Translations under genes and position numbers: made by a program | Assembly (NCBI RefSeq): GCF_009914755.1 | Contig: NC_060947.1 | DNA from: the human T2T-CHM13v2.0 reference genome, Homo sapiens | Strand: one strand, 5' to 3' | DNA length: 64,000 nucleotides | Shown here: piece after piece, positions 15,545 to 28,852 of the stretch | How positions within the stretch are numbered: the first letter of the stretch is position 1 | How the letters are laid out: each line of letters begins with the position of its first letter | The notes under the pieces: model-generated | Database searches by the model: none | The model's input: only the letters and a program-made list of their open reading frames with translations | Told to the model about the DNA's origin: nothing

Positions 15545-16112
15545 AACTAAGGATGCGTGCCCAGGAGACAGGTCTACGCCTTTCTCTGGAGATGATTTTG
15601 AGGGCTCCATATTTAAAAGGGAAAGGGCGGGTTATTGAGAAGTACACAATTTTCATATATGGCGGGGTAGGGAAAAATAGTCATTCATGCCTTTGGTCTG
15701 GTGAATCTACATTTATTTATTTATTTTTTTTTACATAAGATGACATAGACAAATGGAACACAGCAAAAAATGCAAGGAATCTGCATGTTACATAAGATAA
15801 CATAGACAAAATGTGACAGGGGAGCAATCAGATATGCATTTGTGTCTGGTGGGCCAGGGGTGACTTTACCTGTAAAGATAAGCTATCATTGCCATGGTGA
15901 AATCTTCACAGAAACACCTTAGGATAAAGATCTTGCAGCTCACTAGGAATATCCTTGTGGGCAAAATACGGGGGAGGCATGTGGCTTTTCATCCTGTAGC
16001 CATCTTATTTAAGAACCAAAAGGGGAGGCAGGTTTGCATGACCCAGTTCCCAGCTTGACTTTTCCCTTTAGCTTAGTGATTTGGGGACCCTAGGATTTAT
16101 TTTCCTTTCACA
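15545..16112 (-). mobile_element. MER4-family ERV1 LTR (3' end truncated)
   Basis: Minus strand starts TGTGAAAGGAAAATAAATC. Confidence 0.8.
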
Positions 16113-16351
16113 TTACCTTTCTCAGAAGCCAGATTTCAGATAAAAACATACCTAATCGTCCCTGAATTTAAAATCAGAATATGAAAAGTGTCTATCAAAG
16201 TTCAATTTTAGGGGGACAACATGCATTATTCAAACTGGCAGTCGTTCTGCACAAGTATCTGTACCTACATCTATATCTATATCTATAATCTATATCTGGG
16301 CCAGAATATTATTAACACATAGGAAATGCAAAACACGGTAGCAGAAGATAG

Positions 16352-16998
16352 AATTATAACAGTAAACTAAGCTAACCCACCCTCCCATTTTGCCTTTTCC
16401 TTAATTATTCCTGGACTCTTGGGCCTAGCTAACTTTGAAAGACATTTAGGCTATAGTTTAAATGATAACAGCCTTGCCCCGAAATTCAACTGTTTTTGTA
16501 AAGCTAATGGGGGGCCATCAGGCTGGGGTGAGGAGAGGCACCCCAGAGTCCGGCTAAGGGACAGACATAAACGACTTATTGCTAGCCAATATTCCAGAGG
16601 TTATAAGATATGCAACTTCCCCATTGATACCTGTGATTAACGTCACTATTGTAGAACCTAAGATTGGCCTTTTGAGATATCTTTCCAGGTTTTTTGCATG
16701 TCTAACACCCATGACTTCACCTCCACCGCCAACCCCTCTCCTGTGGCCCCATTCAGAAGTGATTCAGCCAGAAGGAGGACAGCTTCAATTCCCTATGATT
16801 TCATCTCCTCCCCAACCAATCAGCAGCAAGCACCTGTTGGCTACCCCCACCCCTTCCTCCAAACTGCCTTTGACAAACCCCTAACCTAGGAGCTTCTAAG
16901 GAGATGATTTGAGTAGGAACTCCATCTCCCATGTGGCGTGGCTGTCCTTGTGTCTATTAAACTCTTTCTCTTCTAAAAAATAAATAAAATAAATAAAA
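16352..16998 (+). mobile_element. LTR8/MER50-like ERV1 LTR fragment ending in an A-rich tail
   Basis: GCTAACTTTG..TATAGTTTAAATGATAA, GACAGCTTCAATTCCCTATGATTTCATCTC, CCAATCAGC, then ATTAAA and A-rich tail. Confidence 0.7.
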
Positions 16999-17197
16999 CG
17001 TCTACCATCTCATCTCCACATGCATTTCATTCATTAATGGGAGGATATAATTTAAACCCACATTGCAAGTTTCCTTGTGTTGTTTTCTGTCTTTAAAATG
17101 ATGATTTTAGATATGTCCAATGACTCTTAGCAGGATTTCTGCTCATAGCCCTCCAAAATAATAAAGCAGCTTTGTAACTTAAAATTTTTTTGCTTGA

Positions 17198-17200
<3 letters not shown>

Positions 17201-17273
<73 letters not shown>
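17201..17273. repeat. Compound (TG)22(AG)14 microsatellite
   Basis: Seen directly. Confidence 0.97.
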
Positions 17274-17275
<2 letters not shown>

Positions 17276-18301
17276 CAATTTTCTGGCAGCATCCCCAAAA
17301 CAAAGTCTTACCTTTTAAATTTGATGTAATTTTTTTTTTCTGCAGAGAGAAGTAAGAAATCAATAGAAATAAAAGCAAACAATGGTGAAAATGTTATCTT
17401 GGTTTCAGGGACACCCACAAACTTTGGTTTCTAAAACTGTGAGAAGTCTAGGCAGACCCAGAGAGATATAGGACTTGAGCACTGATTTCAAGAAGGGCTC
17501 TGCATGTTCCCTTAGGGAAATTATCCCCTGTCCTAGGCAGGGCAGTATCCCAGCCAGCATCACCAAGACGTCTAGGGTGATAGAGGAAGGATATTACTCC
17601 ACATAAGTCACCCAGCCGTCCTTCTTCGTTTCTGCCTCAGCCTCCTCTCCAAGCAAACTTCTGGTGCTGGTGAATTACAAACTAGGAAGACAGCGTCTTT
17701 GAAGTGCTGAAATTTTCTGATACGTTAGATGAAACTAACTGAAGGAATGAGCTGATGGATCAGGATAAAGTGAGAATGGCTAACAGGTCCACCTGAGGTT
17801 GATCCCTGATCTTTCCATTTACCTGGTGGACTAGACTAGGGCTTGCTCTTTAGCTCTTCTCTAGATGTTTTACTAGAGAGTAGACACGGAAGAGAATCAA
17901 AGAATAGAAGAGAAAGAGCAGCCTTCTTTCTCCAGGCCACTCTGTCCACAGCCATGAGTTCCGGCAGCTTCCAGCTTCTTGCAGCACTCCCAGAACTGGG
18001 CTCACTCCATACACTTGGACATACAAACAGGTAGCCCAGCAAAGCTATCTGCCCTGAGTTCTGCTGGGGCCCCTCCCTGTCAGATATTCCCAACCTTGTG
18101 ACGGCAGCATCTTCCTTTGGATATTACCTCGGGCACCCCGGTGATTCTTTTTGGTGCTTTCAGCTCTTGATACTCTAACAATCTCTGCGTGAAATTTCTC
18201 TGTTGAAGCACGTAGTGAGATTTTTGGTATCCTGACTGGACTGACCGACACATCTAAAGCTAATTTATCAGAACAAGTGAGCAAAGTGCTTAATGAAATA
18301 T

Positions 18302-18590
18302 GGCCGGGGTGGTGGCTCAAGCCTGTAATTCCAGCACTTTGGGAGGCTGAGGCAGGCAGATCACTTGAGGTCAGGAGTTCAAGACCAAACTGGCCAACAT
18401 GATGAAATGCTGTTTCTACTAAAAACACAAAAATTAGCCGGGGGTGGTGGTGCATATGTGTAATCCAAGCTACTCGGGAGGCTGAGGGAAGAGAATCACT
18501 TGAATCCAGTCAGCAGAAGTTGCAGTGAGCCGAGATCCTGCCACTGCACTCCAGCCTGGGCGACGACAAAGTGAGAATGTCTAAAAAAAA
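18302..18590 (+). mobile_element. Alu (AluS-like)
   Basis: Full dimer with short A tail. Confidence 0.95.
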
Positions 18591-18599
18591 CAGAAATAT

Positions 18600-19690
18600 T
18601 ACAGACGTATGTATATATATAGTGTGTGTATATGTGTGTGTATCTATCTATCTCTCACATCTCCTGACATATATTTATAGAACTTTTATATATATATACA
18701 TATATATGTGTGTGTATATATAATAAAGCCAAAAAAGTTATCTTATGGAAATCTTAGGAATTATATACCTGTCTAATTATATAAACACATACATACACAC
18801 AATTATATATAGTATATATAACATATTTATATATAACTATATGCACAAGAAGAAACTTTATATATATTTATATATACATATGAAGATGAAGATATATATC
18901 TCACATCTCCTGCCATAAACTTATACTAGTTAGATATATATATGTGTGTGTGTGCATAAAATTAAGAAAGAGAAATAAAGATATACTGAGAAAATATCAG
19001 AAATTATATATATAAACATATATAAGCACATATATACACACAATGATATGAAGTTATAAAGTATATAGTATATATACCTTATTTATATGTGTTTATATAT
19101 AACAAATATGCACAAAATTATATATGTAAATATCAGAAAATAAATATGTAATTATATAGATGTCATATCTCCTGACATACATACATGTATAAGTTTGTGT
19201 GTTTGTGTTCATATATATAAAATGAAGCCATGAAAGGCATTAAAAGGTACTGTGGAAATATTAGGAAATAAATAATATGTATATGTAAACATATTTGTAC
19301 ACACATGATTATATAACATATATACTTTATATATAATTTTTATATATAATATACACACAAGAAGAAAATTTATATATTTATATCAACACATATGTGCAAT
19401 TATATATACATACATGTATATACATATATGTGTGTATATATATTTCATATATCCTGATACACATATATAAAGGGCATCCCATGGAAATAATAGAAAAAAA
19501 TATATATATATACACACACACATAAATATATATACATACACACAGTTATAGTATATATAATATATTCACGTATAGTAAATATATGCACAATAAGAAAATG
19601 TATTTGTACATATTTAAATGTAACTATAGGGGCATATATGCAATTATATATATACATACACATATCCACACTCACACACACAATTGAATA
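18600..19690. repeat. TA-rich degenerate tandem array, ~4 units of 246-282 bp
   Basis: Anchor ATCTCCTGACAT-like motif at 18659, 18905, 19167 and 19449. Confidence 0.75.
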
Positions 19691-19959
19691 CAGAACCAAT
19701 AAATTGGACAAGCATGAAAAATCTACAAAACCATTTTATTGAGTCACAATTTCAGATTATGGAAATCTCCTAGAAGGTGCTTGCAAGAGATAAAAGTGTA
19801 GAAAAATGCAGGCAAAAGTAAGATACTAGACAGTAACAGTTAATTGCAATCTGGACAATAGGAGTAAAGAAAAATAATATACTTAGAAAAAATATTTGAA
19901 ATATGAATGCATGCACTCAGCAAGCAGGGCCAATGTAAGTGTTCTAAAGTGACGACACT

Positions 19960-20120
19960 TGACACTAATGTGGAGCTTGGTATGTGGTGGCAAGACTCAG
20001 TGCCATGTAGGCATTTCCTCATTTATTCTTCACAGAGCCCTAGGTAGATAATCATAGTGTTACCTGCATATTCCAGACAAAGAGAGTGATGCTTACCAGG
20101 TAGTGATCTGTTCAACCTTA
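19960..20120. mobile_element. MIR fragment
   Basis: CTCATTTATTCTTCACAGAGCCCTAGGTAGATA..CATATTCCAGAC resembles the MIR core. Confidence 0.55.
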
Positions 20121-21039
20121 ATTCTTTCATTGTATTCGCTTTGTTACAACGTTTTGACAATTCCGGTGCTTTCGTGATTATGCAATGTTTCTTTTTTTTC
20201 TTGGTATTTTGTTTTGCGCAAAATTTTGATTGCTTTAATACAGTCTCATGTTTAGAATTCTCCATTTACAATGACAGTCTAAATATAACTGTGAACTCTT
20301 TGCAATGACCTGAGGAAAGTATTATTAAGCATTGTTCCAAGAATGATTTTTGCTCCCTTTTTCAGAAATAGTCCTCCATCTCTTGACAAGGTTGAGTTAC
20401 ACAAAGGGATCCCTGAGTGGTTTGAACTGGCCTCTGGAACATTCTGTTGCTATCAAATGGGACTGTTTGAGTTTCATTAAAAGATCTCTTATTTATTGAA
20501 AGAAAAAATATATACAATAATCGTTAATTTGTGCATACCTTTGGAAGTAAGATGATGCTACACATGTTCTTAGCATCCTCCATACATAATCCAAAATATT
20601 TCCGCTATGCATCCTGAGGGACGTTTCCAAGAAATACCATTGTGTGCAAGAAAGAAGATGAAGAAAACAACCAAACAATTAATTTGAGTAATGTAGAAAT
20701 TGTTAATAGGATGAAATCTAGAAGCTAAGATACAAATGAGCATTTAGCAGCTCAAAGAACAGAAAAACCCACAGGAAAGGATTAGAGATAAAGATAAATG
20801 ATTAAAGGAAAACTTGAGGAGATGGAAAAAAGGCAATAAGAACTGGGGCAATCGGAGAGCAAGTTGACTTCCTTAAAGTAGTGCAAGCAAGGACCTATTT
20901 TTTTTCTCACTAGAGAGGCATAATTCCAAAAAAAAGTTACAAATTTATTTTGAGTTATCAGGATCAGTTATGAAAATATAGGTGAAACATTTTGCAAACT
21001 GAGAAGTGGCTTCTCAGTTTTGGTATAATAATAATTATA

Positions 21040-21410
21040 TATATATATATATATGGAGAAATAGATAATAGTTTAGACAGATGATAGCTACAGAATATAG
21101 ATAGATAATATATAAATATATAGGATGATACATAAATGATAGATAAGTAGACAGATAGATGATAGATGATTGATAGATATAGGTAGACGATAGATATATA
21201 GATAGATAGGATGATAGAGATATAGATGGTAAATAGGTGATTGATTATATAGATAGATAATAGATCGAGTTTATACATAGATATGATGATAGATACATCA
21301 ATAGATAATTTATATAGAGATTATAGCTTATATAGATCATAGATATAGGTAGATAATATATAGATAAGATGATTGACAGATAGATAAACAGAGAAGATGA
21401 TAGATAAATG
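21040..21410. repeat. Degenerate (GATA)n repeat
   Basis: GATA/TAGA tetramers. Confidence 0.9.
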
Positions 21411-21989
21411 ATTTGAAGTATTTTTAATAACTCAAAATAATTTTTAAAGAGAGAAAGCCTTCTGAAGTAGTGTGCCCTGTGGCAAATTTACACTAAGTTC
21501 CTAGAAAACATACTAAGGAAAAAAAAAATCTACCACAACCACAAAATGAAGTGTTTGCTTTATGAAGTTGACTAGCAACAAATGAATTAAGTTGCCTGTG
21601 AGGCTGTCTCTTCAGAGATCTTAGAAAATAAAGCAGCATGGTGATTATGAGGTTAACATAAGTGAGGCCTCCTTCAATTCACTAAACATCTCAGTGAAAC
21701 ATTTGTGTTCTTTGTATCCTTGTAAGTAGACTTTTTACTTTCCTGTACACAGAAAAACAGCTATCTGCTGGATGTTATATTGTAAATTGATTTATTTTCA
21801 TGTCCTACCACAGTAAGTAATGTATGTTCTGCAGTTTGTCACCATCCAAAAATAGCTCATTTTAATTAAAACTATATATTATCTTGTTAACTTCCTGCAT
21901 GAGAAACCCTTCTTCATCTGCACATTGCGATAATTATATCCCACACTTATTTCTGGTTACTGTTTTTTTTAATGTCATTGGTGATTTGC

Positions 21990-22160
21990 TACAGAGGAAC
22001 GAATAAAGTGGACACACCTGGGTTTGAGTTGCAGCTCTACCCTTAGTGATGGTATGAGCTTGAGTGGCAGCTTTGTTTCTCGGTTCTGAAACAGAAAGTG
22101 TTTTACGCTTGGGTACAGTTTCAGTGAAGTTCACTGATGGCTTTTCTGTCATTTTTAGCT
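21990..22160. mobile_element. MIR fragment
   Basis: CCTGGGTTTGAGTTGCAGCTCTACC..GCTTGAG..TTCTCGGTT. Confidence 0.5.
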
Positions 22161-22269
22161 TTTTTTGCTCGAATTGACTTTGTCCATGGACTTCCCAGCA
22201 TCTTCTTTTCTTTATTTGTTCATTTTTTCTGCATCTGTCCATCACTCCCTAGAATTATGAACTTTTAAA

Positions 22270-23235
22270 AAATAAAACCTTATTTTTTAGAGCAGCTTTA
22301 AGTTCACAGCAAAATTTAGCAGAAGCTACAGACATTTTCCATGTACCCCCTATCTCCACACATGCACAACCTCTTTCATGTTTGACATTAACCCACCATG
22401 GTGATACATTTATTACCATTGATGCACCTACACAACATATCGTTATCAACCTGTAACCAGGCAATTTCAAAATGCATTCTGAAACATTTTTTTTCTCTTT
22501 CTCTTAGGTTTCAAGAGGTAAACTGGAGGCAAACCGCAGAGCCTTTTTTCCTTAGCCTTAAAATACACTCCACGTACCACTCTTTTTCACCATATATACT
22601 TCCTTCTTTTTTATCTAACTGTATGCTAGTATCTGACTTCGTGTCTTCGTAGATGTTCCGGGGCTGATCTTGAGACAGACACACCAAGCCTAGAGATCCA
22701 GCTGCAAAGTTCCAGAGATTACTTCAAGGTGGCTAGCCAACAACCCAGCCATTGTGGAGATGACATCAGCCCAAAGGCCAGGTGGACTGGGACCCAAGAC
22801 AGCCACCAGCATAAGACACACAGACATTTTGCTCAGCCCGAGGTCCAGGTGGACTGGGTCCCAAGACAGCCACCAGGACAAGACACAAAGGCATTGTACT
22901 CAGCCCAATTCTTGCATGCCTTTCTTAACAAGTTTTCCCCTTTTTAAACCCCTTCCTTCCCCCCACCAAATTGAAGTGGTTACTTTGGATAGGCATCCAA
23001 TCATTTCCCCTTCACTAGTTTTGGTTAATAAAGTCATTTTCTTTCTACCAGACCTCACTCTTGTTACTGGACTCTGTACGCAGTGAGCATCCGGACCTGT
23101 GTTCAGTTACAAACCAATGTCCACAGTTTACATTAGGGTTCACTCAGTGCTGTGCATGCTATGGGCTTGAACAAATGTATCATGCCATGCAGCCACCGTT
23201 GCAGTATCATCCAAAAAAGCTGTGCTTATTGCTTT
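22270..23235 (-). mobile_element. L1MC-like 3' end split by an LTR
   Basis: TTTTTAGAGCAGCTTTAAGTTCACAGCAAAATT...; resumes TCCACAGTTTACATTAGGGTTCACTC after the LTR. Confidence 0.75.
22452..23111 (+). mobile_element. ERV1-class solo LTR (660 bp)
   Basis: TGTAACC...GTTACA inverted termini, perfect 4-bp TSD AACC, AATAAA near 23027, internal 67-bp direct repeat. Confidence 0.9.
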
Positions 23236-23523
23236 CCTAAAAGCATGAGGCTTCTGGAGTTCCGTTCTACAGGAAGAGAGAAGAGAAATGGAATGAACCC
23301 TAGGATTCATTGCAGCATTATTCACAATGGCCAAGATGGAAACAACCTCGGTGGCTGTCTACAGATGAATGGAGAAAGAAAAATGATATTAGGCAGCCAT
23401 AAAAAAGAAAGAAATGCTGCCATCTTCAAAACATGCGTGAACCTAGAGAACACTGGACTAAGTAAAACAAGTCAGACACAGGAGGACATTTGGCATATTT
23501 TATTTTAAAAATATACATATCTA

Positions 23524-23760
23524 GGCCAGGCATGGTGGCTCACGCCTGTAATCCCAGCACTTTGGGAAGTGGAGGTGGATGGATCCAAGGCCAGGAGTTT
23601 GAGAACAGCCTGGCCAACCTGGCAAAACCCCATCTCTACTAAAAATACAAAAATTAGCCCAGCATGGTGGCATACACCTGTAGTCCAAGCTACTTGGGAG
23701 ACTGAGGCAGGAGAATTGCTTGAATCCAGGAGGCGGAAGTTGCAGTGAGCTGAGATTGCA
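23524..23760 (+). mobile_element. Alu, 3'-truncated
   Basis: Stops at GAGATTGCA; no tail. Confidence 0.93.
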
Positions 23761-23795
23761 AATTATTTGCCTAACTATATGCCAATAAGAAAAAA

Positions 23796-24111
23796 TTTCT
23801 TCCTTCCTTCCTTTTTTCTTTCTTCTTTCTTTTCTTTTCTTTCTTTCTTCTTCTTTTTCTTTCTTTCTTTCTTCTTTCTTCTCTCTTTCTCTCTTTCTTT
23901 CTTCTCTCTTTCTCCCTCTCTTTCTTCTTTCTTTCTTTATTTTTTCTTTTCCTTTCTTTCTTTCTTCTCTTCTCTCTCTTCTCTCTCTCTTTGTTCTCTC
24001 TTTCTCCCTCTCTTTCTCTCTCTCTCTTTCTCTCTCTCTTTCTTTTTTCTTTCTTTCTTTCTTCTCTTCTCTCTCTTCTCTCTTTCTCTCTTTGTTCTTT
24101 CTCCCTCTCTT

Positions 24112-24143
<32 letters not shown>

Positions 24144-24175
24144 CTCTTCCTTTCTTTTCTTTCTTTTTTTTTTGT
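23796..24175. repeat. Polypyrimidine (CT/CTTT)n tract
   Basis: ~380 bp almost purely C/T; expanded Alu tail. Confidence 0.95.
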
Positions 24176-24430
24176 TTGGAGACAGAGTCTCGCTCTGTCG
24201 CCCAGGAAGCTCCACCTCCCGGGTTCACGCCATTCTTCTGCCACAGCCTCCCCAGTAGCTGGGACTACAGGCGCCCGCCACCACACCCGACTAATTTTTT
24301 TGTATTTGTAGTAGAGACGGGGTTTCACCCTGTTATCCAGGATGATTTTGATCTCCTGACCTCGTGATCCCCACTCGCCTCGGCCTCCCAAAGTGCTGGG
24401 ATTACAGGCGTTAGCCACCGCGCCTGGCCA
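24165..24430 (-). mobile_element. AluY-like with internal deletion
   Basis: GTTCACGCCATTC and CTGACCTCGTGATCC diagnostics; GTCGCCCAGG joined directly to AAGCTCC. Confidence 0.9.
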
Positions 24431-24722
24431 TTCTTTCTTTCTTTTCAGAGATAGAGTCGCCCAGGCTGAAGTGCAGTGGCGTTCAAACAGAGCTCACTGC
24501 AGCCTAGAAGTACTGAGCCCAACCAATCCTCCCACCTCAGCCTCTGAAGTAGCTGGGACTACAGGCATGTACCACCACACCAGCTAATTTGTTAATGTTT
24601 TGGTAAAGACGGGGTGTCTCTTGGTTGCCCAGGCTGGTCTCAGGCTCCTGGGCTAGAGTGATCCACCTGCCTCAGCCTCCTAAAGTGCTGGGATTACAGT
24701 CATGAGCTACTGTGTCCAGCCC
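24431..24722 (-). mobile_element. Alu (AluJ-like)
   Basis: AGCTCACTGCAGCC..CCTCCCACCTCAGCC. Confidence 0.9.
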
Positions 24723-25034
24723 TGATTTTTTCTTTTAGAATAGAATATAGCTAATTATCTTTATAGTTGAGCTACTGTAATCCTTTTAAAAGTACCATTT
24801 GGATTTAAAGATTTTAATCTAGTTTTCAAAGTTACACTGAGAGAAATAATAGAAATTCCCCGAGGAGTTAACTAGTATTTCTCTTTAAATAAAATTAAAT
24901 TAGAAAACAAAATTCTTGGTAGCAGTTAAATATTTTATACAGATATAATAAAATGTGAATTAGTTAAATCACTGAGCATTCACATCTTTCACTGAATAAA
25001 TTTACATCTCATATACCTTATTAATTGAAGAGAA

Positions 25035-25860
25035 AATGTATGCTCATCTCAGATGTAAAAGAGAAAGTATTTGACAAACATCTACCGACGTTCATGGTAA
25101 AAGCTCTCAGCAAATTAGCACAATAAGTAACCTTCCTATATATGATAAAGGGACTGTATAATAAAAAAGAACTTAAAATCATACCTCCTGGTGGATTACC
25201 TTTATGCATATACACAAGTAGAAAATCAAAATAAAAAATAATTGATTACAAGACTATAAAATTCATAAAATTCTTGGGAATAAATCTAATGAAAATGTGT
25301 AAATCTCTATATTAAAAAACTATATAACCTTGATGGAGGATGTCAAAAAACTCAAATAAACACAGATAAGTCACATGTTTATAGACTGGAAGACTCAGTA
25401 GTGTGATAATTTCCAATATCTTAAAATTGATATATACTTTCAGCTGAATCAAGTGAAAGTCAGGTTATCTTTTAAAAGCAGGCATTTTTGGGGGGAGGGA
25501 GGATCTAGAAGAGCTAAGACAAGTTTTGGAAGAGCGAAGTTAGAGGACTTTACCTAATTTTATGACTTACTTTAAAATTAGAGTAAATAAGCTGGGTGTG
25601 GTGGCATGTGCCTGTAATTCCAGCTTCTCGGGAGGCTGAGGTGGGAGGAAAACTTGAGCCCAGGAATTGGAGTCCAACCTGGGCAACATAGCAAGACCTC
25701 ATCTCTAAAATAACAGTAATAAATTAGTGCAAGCAATAAAAGTATGGCAATTGCATAGAAAGTTTAGATATTGACCCACCCGCCTAAGTATGGTCTATTT
25801 ATTTTCCACAAAGCCTCCAAACCATCACTATTGAAAAACAAGTGATTTTAAACAAGTAAT
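25035..25860 (+). mobile_element. Ancient L1M ORF2 fragments
   Basis: CTCATCTCAGATGTAAAAGAGAAAGTATTTGACAAA (degenerate ISIDAEKAFDK), GGAATAAATCTAA, GGAAGACTCAGTA. Confidence 0.6.
25590..25712 (+). mobile_element. FLAM-like Alu monomer
   Basis: Single ~120-bp monomer ending GCAAGACCTCATCTCTAAAA. Confidence 0.85.
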
Positions 25861-26797
25861 GATCAAAAATGCTACACTTATGAGGAAATATCAATGGTTT
25901 GGGGATAGTAAATAGAAAAAGGCAGTAGTTAAATGTATTTGCGAGATACTAAAGTCTAACGATTGTCATGTGGTATGGGAAAATTAGAGAATTTGACTGC
26001 TAGTGCAAAAGGTTGCAATGATTAAGGCAAGGAATTACATACCAGTACCTCATGATATGTGAAGCAATTGTCCTTATTACACAATTGGCAGTGTTGAGTA
26101 TATATCTACAGAGAAAAATATTTATTAAGAAATCCTCATCAACATGAATCAATGCACTTTATTTTTCCCCCATTGAATTACTTGTGTGCACTTGAAAATT
26201 ACACATTTTCTCTGAGTTTGTGTGTGTGCATAAAATATAGAAGGTAACGCTTGTATCAAAAAGTGTAGGGAATTTTCCAGCCTAAACACAGTTTGCCAAA
26301 TTTCAACCTCTTTTTGGGCAGGTGGACTTCAGTCTTGCAGAGCCTAGCACTAGAATAATACTTATTAAGCATATCATGCAGGGTGTTTTGACTGCACAAA
26401 CAAATACGTGCTCCTTCAATGTTTTCCTCGTTTATTAGACGTGTCTTAAGAGGTCATTTTGTGACCTTCCAGGGGCTGTATCTTAACCATGAAGATTCAG
26501 AAACGTGAGCTTATGAATGCATGGCAAGTTGATCTGTTGCTCAGAGGCAGAAGATGTAAAATAAACAAATTCCAAGACTGACAATGCTAGCATGCCAGAT
26601 TGTTAATTTACAATGCACACCTCTCACTGAAGCTACGATTTTAAGAGAAACATAAAACTAGTGCATTTTCTATCCATGTGTAGACCTACGTGGCAAGCAA
26701 AATGATAATTTGGGGTTTTCTTGTTTGTTTTTTTCGTGAGCAAAGAGTGGGAAAGGTAAACTAAACTATTTTAATTGATCAGACTGAGATAATTTAA

Positions 26798-27239
<442 letters not shown>

Positions 27240-27394
27240 TGGTTTTCCTTCTGATAGACACAGAATGTCTTTAGATAGGTTAAGACATTAAATATAGTTA
27301 CAGATCGAAATGGACCATCCAATACATTTAAGATGACTTCATTTTTTTTCATATTCTCAGTTTATTTTCAAGTCTCAGTTCTGAAGGAATAAGT

Positions 27395-27395
27395 A

Positions 27396-27433
<38 letters not shown>
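27395..27433. repeat. (TG)n(AG)n microsatellite
   Basis: Seen directly. Confidence 0.95.
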
Positions 27434-27434
<1 letters not shown>

Positions 27435-28724
27435 TTAAATTCTCAGTTTCCTAAGCACTTGGGGGAAACTTCACTCACCCTCCTAGATATGTGGACCACT
27501 TCCAGATTATATAATTACCTCATGCCTTTCTCAGTCATTTTTGCTTTCAACTGCTTTTGTTCAGTTCCGGTCCTAAACTGTTGAGTAATTTTGCTGTGCT
27601 CTGTGGGACAGCTGACACATTTTAGTTGTATACAAAATGATTCTCATATTCATTTGTAGTTGTGGAGTTGTTAGGCAATTTATGATCCTTTTGTATGTAA
27701 GATATAATAAAACTGGAGGTCATTATCATTATGAGAATCATTCTTCCTTTTCTGAATGTCTCATGGTACTCTGATTTTGTAAGCAATGCCTATAACCTTC
27801 TCTCTAACCACAAAGTCAACTGTCCATCATCGTGTCTCAGTTCTTCTCACTGTGTGGAACAAATGTCTCTGATATTTACCTTGATAAACAGAATGGAGAT
27901 CTAGAAGGCGTTATTGTGTTTGCACTATTACACACGTTTAATAGGGCGCAAATATGAAATAGGTACATGTTCAGGAAAAGTTACATTTTTTAAATCAACT
28001 GCTCGCCTAGCTATGGGAGAGAAGACAAAATCACCTAACATGGAAAGTTGTCCTTATTTATAATTGAACGACCCCACTAAGTTATACTAATGTAAAGGGG
28101 ATGAACATCTATTGTCTAGGAGAGAGAAAAAGGGGAATAAGTGTGCTTCTTATGATGCAGCCAAGGTTGCCTTAACCTGAGCTGATAATAAGGGTGGAAG
28201 AAATACCTTTGCAAGAAGGCTTACATAGTTTTAGAAGAACAAGGACAAAAATACTTGAAGGACGTTGTCTTCAATCAAGTCCTGCAGTTAGCGGAAGGGA
28301 ACAGTGGATCCCAAACATAATACCTTATGGAAAGAAAATAGGCCTAGTTTGGTGAGCCTGGTGCAACATGAGAGTCCTTAGAATTGGGGCAAGCTATTTT
28401 GAGAAGAGTCTTCGGTTGATGCAGAGGAATTTACATTCAGATCTTAGTATTTAGACATGCCGAATTGGTGTTTGTGCTTCCTGAAATGGTAACTAAGTCA
28501 TACCCTATTAATCAGTCCAGATCAAGGGTTCAGTGGACTTCATGTGGCACAGAGACAATTGCTCCGTGCATGGATCAAAATCTACTTCTCTTTTTGCAAT
28601 TTGGAAGGAGACAGACGCTCCTGTTTTTAGAAGCTGTGAAGGGGTCATATAGAGAAGATTTAAGAGAAAAAAAGTATAAAATATCTTGCTAATTGGCCTT
28701 GTGAAATTGAGCTATCATTTCAGT

Positions 28725-28852
28725 GAGAGAGAGAGAGAAGAAGGGAGAAATGGGAGGAAGATGAATGGAGAAATGGACAGGAGAGAGAGAGAGAAAGAGA
28801 AAGAGAGAGAAAGGCAGAGAGAGAGAAAGGAGGGGGAGGAGAGAGAGAGAGA
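28725..28852. repeat. GA-rich low-complexity tract
   Basis: Seen directly. Confidence 0.85.

Noticed and set aside
17836-18093. GC-richer 85-aa ORF in non-Alu sequence
   Set aside because: No recognisable domain; more likely a decayed LTR-like repeat
18600-19690. Repeat-spacer pattern as a CRISPR-like array
   Set aside because: Eukaryotic context, degenerate anchors, mutually homologous spacers and no cas genes
23521-24418. Long Lys/Glu/Arg-rich and Phe/Leu/Ser-rich ORFs (up to 235 aa)
   Set aside because: Translations of the CT-rich tract plus Alu sequence
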